Shown: positions 58,434 to 64,000 of the stretch, piece after piece
Layout: each line of letters starts with the position of its first letter
Position numbering within the stretch: the first letter of the stretch is position 1
DNA from: Rhodocyclales bacterium RIFCSPLOWO2_02_FULL_63_24
GTDB taxonomy: Bacteria > Pseudomonadota > Gammaproteobacteria > Burkholderiales > Rhodocyclaceae
Assembly (NCBI GenBank): GCA_001828935.1
Contig: MHZX01000067.1
Location: forward strand, 3,992-67,991
DNA length: 64,000 nucleotides
Direction of reading: 5' to 3'
Notes under the pieces: generated by a model
What the model saw: the letters and a program-made list of their open reading frames with translations, nothing else
Databases searched by the model: none
Told to the model about the DNA's origin: nothing
Translations under genes and position numbers: made by a program

Positions 58434-59350
58434 AGAAATCCGTCCTTCGCGCTTCCGACCTCGCTTTTCCCAAACAGCAGCGCAATTGGGATTGGCGCGC
58501 CGCCAGCAATTTCATCGCCGGTGGCGCCGGCGGTGGCCTGCTGTTGTGCGTTGCGCTTGCCGGTCTCGATGCCTTTCCCGCGCGGGTTGCGATTCTGCTG
58601 GGCCTGATCCTGATCGGTGGCGGATTGACCTGCGTCTGGTTTGAGATTGGAAGGCCATGGCGTGCATTGAACGTCTATCGCCATTTCGCGACCTCATGGA
58701 TGACGCGCGAGGCCGTTGTGGCGTTGACTGTATTCGCCGCAGGCGGATTGGCGCTTCTGACCGTTCAACCGCTGCTCGTCGTGCTCGCCGGAATCTTCGG
58801 CCTGACTTTCCTCTATAGCCAGGCGCGCATTCTGGCGGCCAACAAGGGCATCCCGGCATGGCGTCATCCACGCAGCGTTTCCCTCATGGTAGCGACTGGC
58901 CTCACTGAAGGCGCGGGTTTCCTGGCCTGCGTCGCATCCCTGGCGTCCTCGGCGAGCGGCTTCTGGTTCATGGCTGGCTTGATCGTCTTGATCCTGACGC
59001 GGGCATTTCTCTGGAAAGCCTATCTGGGTGCGCTGGTTGCCGATGGCGCGCCGGAAGCCGCCCTCACGGTATTGAGGGGGACGGACGCGAGGTTTGTGGT
59101 CTTCGGCCATGTGCTGCCGGCGGTCGCGCTCGCGGCTCTTATGGCGGGCATTCCCGGGCAGGCGGGTTTATTGTTGGCGGCAGGGATCATGATGGTTGCC
59201 AGCGGCTGGTTCCTGAAATTCACGCTGGTGCGTCGCGCCGCCTTTACCCAGGGGCTGGCCATGCCGCATATGCCGGTGCGCGGACGCGGGACCGCCGGTC
59301 CGGCCGTCAAGCCCGGCTGGAAAGCCATGTCTGGGGTAAGTTCTGGATAG
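58430..59350 (+). CDS. padD: Polytopic membrane anchor subunit (DmsC/NrfD-like), PadD-like
   Basis: 306 aa with about 8 hydrophobic segments. ATGA overlap with padC. Confidence 0.75.
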   Translation: MKKSVLRASDLAFPKQQRNWDWRAASNFIAGGAGGGLLLCVALAGLDAFPARVAILLGLILIGGGLTCVWFEIGRPWRALNVYRHFATSWMTREAVVALTVFAAGGLALLTVQPLLVVLAGIFGLTFLYSQARILAANKGIPAWRHPRSVSLMVATGLTEGAGFLACVASLASSASGFWFMAGLIVLILTRAFLWKAYLGALVADGAPEAALTVLRGTDARFVVFGHVLPAVALAALMAGIPGQAGLLLAAGIMMVASGWFLKFTLVRRAAFTQGLAMPHMPVRGRGTAGPAVKPGWKAMSGVSSG

Positions 59351-59411
59351 TCGGTGCACGCGGAAACACGAGATGGAGCCACGTAGCTCCATTGGAACTG
59401 GAGGAGACACG

Positions 59412-59984
59412 ATGTACGAAGTACGCTTTCATGGCCGAGGCGGTCAAGGCGCCGTTACGGCAGCCGCGATGCTGGCGGCCGCTTTGCTGGAGGAGGGCAA
59501 GTACGCGGTATCGATTCCGTCCTTCGGCTTCGAACGACGCGGCGCGCCGGTGGTTTCCTTCCTGCGTTGCAGCGATCGCGAGATCCGCCAGTTGACCAAC
59601 ATCTACACGCCCGATTGCCTGATCTGCGTCGATCCGACGCTGACCCGTTCGGTGGACATCTTCGCCGGCCTCAAGCCCGGCGGCACGCTGGTACAGGCCA
59701 CCAACAGGCCGCTGGCGGAATTGGCACTGTCGCCGAACGTCGCCACGGTCGGTCTTTGCGATGCGATCGGGATTGCCTTGCAGATTTTCAGCAAGCCGAT
59801 CACCAATACGCTGATGCTGGGCGCATTCGCCAAGACGACCGGCGTGGTGTCGCTGGATGCCTTGAAGCGCTCGCTGGAGGATTCGGATTTTCGCGATGCC
59901 GGACTGAAGCAGAACCTGCTTGCCCTTGAACGCGGTTACAACGAGACCACCGTTTACACCATCGAGCGGAGGGCGGCGGCATGA
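59412..59984 (+). CDS. padE: 2-oxoacid:acceptor oxidoreductase gamma subunit, PadE-like
   Basis: 190 aa from MYEVRFHGRGGQGAVTAAAMLA (typical gamma-subunit N-terminus). GGAGGAG SD. Confidence 0.8.
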   Translation: MYEVRFHGRGGQGAVTAAAMLAAALLEEGKYAVSIPSFGFERRGAPVVSFLRCSDREIRQLTNIYTPDCLICVDPTLTRSVDIFAGLKPGGTLVQATNRPLAELALSPNVATVGLCDAIGIALQIFSKPITNTLMLGAFAKTTGVVSLDALKRSLEDSDFRDAGLKQNLLALERGYNETTVYTIERRAAA

Positions 59985-60280
59985 CCAGACATACCAGCTA
60001 TCCGCTGTTCGACCTGAAAGAGGCCAATGTCCCCGATGACCTGTGTCCGGTAGCGACCGAGGTCAGCCCGATGCTGCCCGGCGACTGGCGCAGCATGCGT
60101 CCCGTGGTCAATCGCGACAAGTGCGTCAAGTGCGCCGTGTGCTGGCTGTATTGCCCGGTGCAGTGCGTCGAGGAAAAGCCGGCCTGGTTCGATTTCAACC
60201 TGAAAACCTGCAAGGGTTGTGGCATCTGCGCCAACGAGTGTCCGCAGCGCGCGATCACCATGATCCCGGAGGCGACATGA
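59981..60280 (+). CDS. padF: 2-oxoacid:acceptor oxidoreductase delta subunit (2x[4Fe-4S] ferredoxin), PadF-like
   Basis: 99 aa. CVKCAVCWLYCP and CKGCGICANECP motifs. Confidence 0.8.
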   Translation: MTRHTSYPLFDLKEANVPDDLCPVATEVSPMLPGDWRSMRPVVNRDKCVKCAVCWLYCPVQCVEEKPAWFDFNLKTCKGCGICANECPQRAITMIPEAT

Positions 60281-60362
60281 GTCTTTCGTCCGTCCAATCT
60301 GTCTTGAACCGCCGCATCGCCGGCGCCGACTCTTGTATTCGCACCTTGATTGCGGAGGCAAA

Positions 60363-61610
60363 ATGACTACCGCCACTCTCGAAAAGTCGCCGCAAGCCAA
60401 GCCAGCCAAGCAGAAGGTCATGCTGGTCGAAGGCAATGAGGCCGCCGCTCTCGGCGTTGCCCTGGCGCGTCCCGATATGGTCGCCGTGTATCCGATCACG
60501 CCGCAGTCCTCGCTCGTCGAGCACGTCGCCAAGCTGATCGCCGACGGCCGCATGGATGCCGACATCGTCGATGCCGAGGGCGAGCATTCGGTGCTGTCGG
60601 TGCTGCAAGGCGGCGCGCTGGCCGGCGCACGGACCTATACCGCGACCTGCGGTCCCGGCCTGGCCTTCATGTTCGAGCCGTATTTCCGTACGTCCGGCAT
60701 GCGCCTGCCGATCGTCATGTCGATCGTCACGCGCGACGGCATCACGCCGCAATCGGTATGGGGCGGCCATCAGGATGCGATGACGGTGCGCGAAGTCGGC
60801 TGGGTCCAGGTGTATTGCGAGACGGTGCAGGAAGTGCTGGACACCACGATCATGGCCTTCAAGATTGCCGAGCATCACGACGTCATGCTGCCCGTCAACG
60901 TTTGCCTCGACGGCAACTACCTGTCCTACGGCACCTCCCGCGTCGAGCTGCCCGAGCAGGCCGAAGTCGATGCCTTCATGGGCGTCAAGGACGTCAATTG
61001 GCATGTGGCGCTCGATCCCCTGCGGCCGATGGCGGTCGATCCGCTGACCGGCGGCTCGTCTGGCCGTGGCCCGTCGACTTTCGTCCGCTACCGCAAGGGT
61101 CAGTGTCGCGGCATGCAGAACTCGCTGCGCGTAATCGAGGACATCCACGAGGAATGGGCGCAGCGTTTCGGTCGCCGCTTTGCGCCGCTGGTCGAGGAGT
61201 ACCGACTGGAAGGCGCCGACTACGCGATCATGACCCTGGGCAGCATGACCGGCGCCGCCAAGGATGCGATCGACGAGGCGCGCGACGCCGGCCGACGCGT
61301 CGGACTGATCAAGATCAAGACCTTCAGTCCATTCCCGGTGGACGCCTTGATGAAGTCGCTGGACAAGGTGCAGGCGGTCGGCGTGGTCGATCGCTCGGTC
61401 GGTTTCCGCTGGAACTGCGGGCCGATGTACCAGGAGACCATGGGGGTTTTGTACAAACTCGGACGTCACGTTCCGTCGATGAGCTTCATCGGCGGACTCG
61501 CCGGGGCCGACATCACGGTCGGGCATTTTCATCGCGTCATCGAGGCGACGGAAAAGCTGCTGAGCAATCCCGCCCCGACCGAACCCGTCTGGCTCAACGA
61601 GAAGGATTGA
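60363..61610 (+). CDS. padG: 2-oxoacid:acceptor oxidoreductase alpha subunit, PadG-like
   Basis: 415 aa. VMLVEGNEAAALGVALARPDMVAVYPITPQS is a typical POR/KOR alpha N-terminus. GGAGG SD. Confidence 0.8.
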   Translation: MTTATLEKSPQAKPAKQKVMLVEGNEAAALGVALARPDMVAVYPITPQSSLVEHVAKLIADGRMDADIVDAEGEHSVLSVLQGGALAGARTYTATCGPGLAFMFEPYFRTSGMRLPIVMSIVTRDGITPQSVWGGHQDAMTVREVGWVQVYCETVQEVLDTTIMAFKIAEHHDVMLPVNVCLDGNYLSYGTSRVELPEQAEVDAFMGVKDVNWHVALDPLRPMAVDPLTGGSSGRGPSTFVRYRKGQCRGMQNSLRVIEDIHEEWAQRFGRRFAPLVEEYRLEGADYAIMTLGSMTGAAKDAIDEARDAGRRVGLIKIKTFSPFPVDALMKSLDKVQAVGVVDRSVGFRWNCGPMYQETMGVLYKLGRHVPSMSFIGGLAGADITVGHFHRVIEATEKLLSNPAPTEPVWLNEKD

Positions 61611-61612
61611 CC

Positions 61613-62899
61613 ATGGAACAGACCAAGTATCTGGTGGTCGGCAGTAGCCACGCCGCCCTCGAAGCGGTGACGGCAATCCGCATGCATGACGCGACCGGCA
61701 GCCTGACGCTGCTGACCCGCGATCCGCATCTGCCGTATTCGCCGACCGTGCTGCCCTATGTGGTTTCCGGCCGCTCGGCACCCGATGGCATTTTCCTGCG
61801 CGACGAGAAGTTCTTCGCCGACCAAGGGGTGCAATTGAAGCGCGGCACGGCGCTGAAGGCATTGCACACCGAGCGCAATGCCGCCGAACTGGCCGACGGC
61901 AGCGAGATTGCCTACGAGAAGATTCTGCTCGCCACCGGCGCCTCGCCGGCGATTCCGCCGATTCCGGGCATCGATACGGTGTCCTACCATGTGTTGCGCA
62001 CGCTCGACGACGCGACGAGGCTCAACGCCGCGATCAAGCAGTCGAAGCAGGCCGTGGTGCTCGGCGCCGGACTGGTCGGCATGCACGCAGCGGAAAATCT
62101 GGTGAAAGTCGGCGCTGGCGTGACGGTGGTGGAAATGGCGAAACAGCTCACCGACGGCTACTTCGACGCGATCGCCGCAGGCCTGATCGAAAAAGCCTTC
62201 ACCGACAACGGCGCGCGAATCCTCACCGGCAGCCGCGTGGTCAAACTCGCGCCGTCGGCTGCCTCATTTGGCACCCCGGCCACCCCGGCCACCCCGGGCG
62301 TCACGCTGACCCTGGAAAGCGGGGCGACGCTGGAAGCCGATTTGCTGCTGGTGGCCACCGGCGTCAAGCCGAACATGGACTATCTCGTCGGCAGCCCGGT
62401 TGAACACGACCGGGGCATCCTGGTCAGCGACACCATGCAATCCAGCGTCGCCAATGTCTGGTCGGCCGGCGATTGCGCCCAGGCCAAGGGTTTTTTCACG
62501 GACGACAAGGTGATGAATGCGATCCTGCCGGACGCCGCCGAGCAGGGCCGCATTGCCGGCATGGCGATGGCGGGCGACTCCGGATTGAAAAAATATCCGG
62601 GCGGCGTGCCGCTGAACACTTACCATTTCTTTGGCCGCCACGCGATCTCGGTCGGCAGCAGCAAGGTGCCCGAAGGCGCCGAGGTGTTGACGCGCTTTGA
62701 CGAAGTCAGCGGCCGTTACCTCAAGGCGATTTTCAAGAACGGTTGCCTGCTCGGCATCTACGGCGTCAATGAGTTCTTCGACGGCGGCGTGATGTGCCAG
62801 TTGATCCTGCGCCGGATCGACCTGTCGCCGGTCAAGGAACGTTTCCTCGCCGAGCCGATGACGGTGGGACGCGAAATCATGTCGAAGACGTGGAGATAA
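61613..62899 (+). CDS. padH: FAD/NAD(P)-dependent pyridine nucleotide-disulfide oxidoreductase-like subunit, PadH-like (epsilon)
   Basis: 428 aa. Two dinucleotide-binding motifs (YLVVGSSHAALEA; AVVLGAGLVGMHAAE). Located between the alpha and beta subunits, as in phenylglyoxylate oxidoreductase clusters. Confidence 0.75.
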   Translation: MEQTKYLVVGSSHAALEAVTAIRMHDATGSLTLLTRDPHLPYSPTVLPYVVSGRSAPDGIFLRDEKFFADQGVQLKRGTALKALHTERNAAELADGSEIAYEKILLATGASPAIPPIPGIDTVSYHVLRTLDDATRLNAAIKQSKQAVVLGAGLVGMHAAENLVKVGAGVTVVEMAKQLTDGYFDAIAAGLIEKAFTDNGARILTGSRVVKLAPSAASFGTPATPATPGVTLTLESGATLEADLLLVATGVKPNMDYLVGSPVEHDRGILVSDTMQSSVANVWSAGDCAQAKGFFTDDKVMNAILPDAAEQGRIAGMAMAGDSGLKKYPGGVPLNTYHFFGRHAISVGSSKVPEGAEVLTRFDEVSGRYLKAIFKNGCLLGIYGVNEFFDGGVMCQLILRRIDLSPVKERFLAEPMTVGREIMSKTWR

Positions 62900-62901
62900 G
62901 C

Positions 62902-64000
62902 ATGGCAATGTTTGGAGGGGCCTACAACACCATCGCCTTCGATGCCGCCCAATGCGACGGCTGTGGCGACTGCATGACGGCTTGCGCGACCGTCAAGACC
63001 GGCACTGTCGACAAGACGCGTTCGCGCATCCAGATCGTCGACAGCGCCGATGACGGCTTCGAGCTCGCCCTGTGCCGCCAGTGCGGCGATCCGAAGTGCG
63101 TCACGGTCTGCCCGGCAGGCGCCTTGACCAAGGATGGCGCGAGCGGAGTCATCGACTGGAATGCGGCGAAGTGCGTCGATTGCCTGTTGTGCACGGTCGG
63201 CTGCGCCTACGCCGGCATCGCCCTCGACGCGGGCAGCGGCCATGTCGCCAAATGCGATACCTGCGATGGCGCACCGGCCTGCGTGCCAGCCTGTCCCCAC
63301 GGCGCGCTGAAATACATCACCACCTCGCGCATCTACAACGAGGTCGGTGACTGGGAAGACCTGTTCGCACCGGGCCTTGCCGGCTGCCAGGGCTGCAATA
63401 CCGAGCTCCTGATGCGCCACACCTTGCGCCGGGTGGGGCCGGACACCGTGCTGGCGACGCCGCCCGGCTGCGTTCCCGGCATGGGCTCGGTCGGATTCAA
63501 CGGCACCACGGGCACCAAGGTGCCGGTCTTTCATCCGCTGCTGACCAACACCGCGGCCATGCTGGCGGGCATCAAGCGCCAATACAAGCGTGTCGGGCGC
63601 GAGGTCAATGCCCTGGCCATCGCCGGCGACGGCGGCGCGTCGGACGTGGGTTTCCAGTCGCTTTCGGGAGCGGCGGAACGCAACGAACAGATGCTGTTCA
63701 TGGTGGTCGACAACGAGGGCTACATGAATACCGGCATGCAACGGTCGAGCTGCACGCCCTATGGGGCGTGGACCTCCACCACGCCGGTCGGCCAGGGATC
63801 GGGCGGCATGCCCTCGCAGGGCAAGACGCAGGATGCCAAGAATCTCCCGTTGATCATGGTCAATCATCGCTGCGAGTACGTCGCGACGGCATCGACGGCC
63901 TACATGGAAGACCTCTACGACAAGCTCGACCGGGCACTGGAAGCCTCCAAGCGCGGCTTTGCCTACTTGCATGTCTATTCGCCCTGCACCACGGGCTGGC
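62902..64000 (+). CDS. padI: 2-oxoacid:acceptor oxidoreductase beta subunit (TPP-binding) with an N-terminal poly-ferredoxin domain, PadI-like; 3' end outside the window
   Basis: Not in the ORF track because it is open at the window edge. My translation gives MAMFGGAYNTIAFDAAQCDGCGDCMTAC..., CRQCGDPKCVTVCP, CVDCLLCTVGC and CDTCDG..CVPACP, then the TPP motif IAGDGGASDVGF...VVDNEGYMNTG. Confidence 0.8.
   Translation, partial: MAMFGGAYNTIAFDAAQCDGCGDCMTACATVKTGTVDKTRSRIQIVDSADDGFELALCRQCGDPKCVTVCPAGALTKDGASGVIDWNAAKCVDCLLCTVGCAYAGIALDAGSGHVAKCDTCDGAPACVPACPHGALKYITTSRIYNEVGDWEDLFAPGLAGCQGCNTELLMRHTLRRVGPDTVLATPPGCVPGMGSVGFNGTTGTKVPVFHPLLTNTAAMLAGIKRQYKRVGREVNALAIAGDGGASDVGFQSLSGAAERNEQMLFMVVDNEGYMNTGMQRSSCTPYGAWTSTTPVGQGSGGMPSQGKTQDAKNLPLIMVNHRCEYVATASTAYMEDLYDKLDRALEASKRGFAYLHVYSPCTTGW

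Overview
GC-rich chromosomal segment whose gene content looks betaproteobacterial. The Azoarcus/Aromatoleum/Thauera-like assignment is an inference from the EarP-type EF-P, gene synteny and the anaerobic pad genes. I support about 65 protein genes, 3 tRNAs, several regulatory sites and terminators. I found no rRNA, CRISPR array, transposase, integrase or phage genes. Most long ORFs in the track that overlap these genes are antisense or off-frame shadows typical of GC-rich DNA.

Layout, left to right:
- nnr (partial).
- A minus-strand TRAP transporter plus pxpBCA 5-oxoprolinase operon with a divergent wHTH regulator, then gdhA.
- Two divergent GGDEF cyclases.
- aapJQM amino-acid ABC genes with no ATPase gene, then fumC.
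- An SPW-repeat protein and a small ORF.
- A three-gene secreted glycan-processing operon: CE4 deacetylase, a DUF4015-like hydrolase, and a beta-lactamase-fold/NamZ fusion.
- Two orphan small genes, dinB, an M20 amidohydrolase, efp-earP, a UDG, and uvrC-pgsA followed by tRNA-Gly, tRNA-Cys and tRNA-Leu (the same order as E. coli uvrC-pgsA-glyW-cysT-leuZ).
- DUF1178, a metallophosphoesterase coupled to mutS, and suhB.
- trmJ-cysE-iscR-(extra NifS-like desulfurase)-iscSUA-hscBA-fdx-iscX.
- tatD-like, tpx, typA, an MTA/MTI phosphorylase, def, and a Cache-GGDEF cyclase.
- From about 50.2 kb to the window end, an anaerobic phenylacetate-type catabolic block: FlK-like thioesterase, an atypical ADP-forming-acyl-CoA-synthetase-like protein, paaX, fdhD, padBCD-like Mo-oxidoreductase and padEFGHI-like phenylglyoxylate oxidoreductase (padI truncated by the window edge).

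Most interesting observations:
1. An ACD-like protein with a permuted and apparently degenerate ATP-grasp, plus a hot-dog thioesterase, sits where an AMP-forming phenylacetate-CoA ligase would be expected.
2. Two matching GATACA-N26/27-TGTATC operators flank paaX.
3. The secreted CE4/DUF4015/AmiE-NamZ-fusion operon.
4. A perfect 20-bp-stem palindrome built from the last codons of iscS.
5. A 39-bp tandem repeat abutting the trmJ start codon.
6. A DUF1178 gene whose GTG start lies 1 nt after the CCA end of tRNA-Leu.

No database search was possible. All family calls rest on motifs I could read in the translations.
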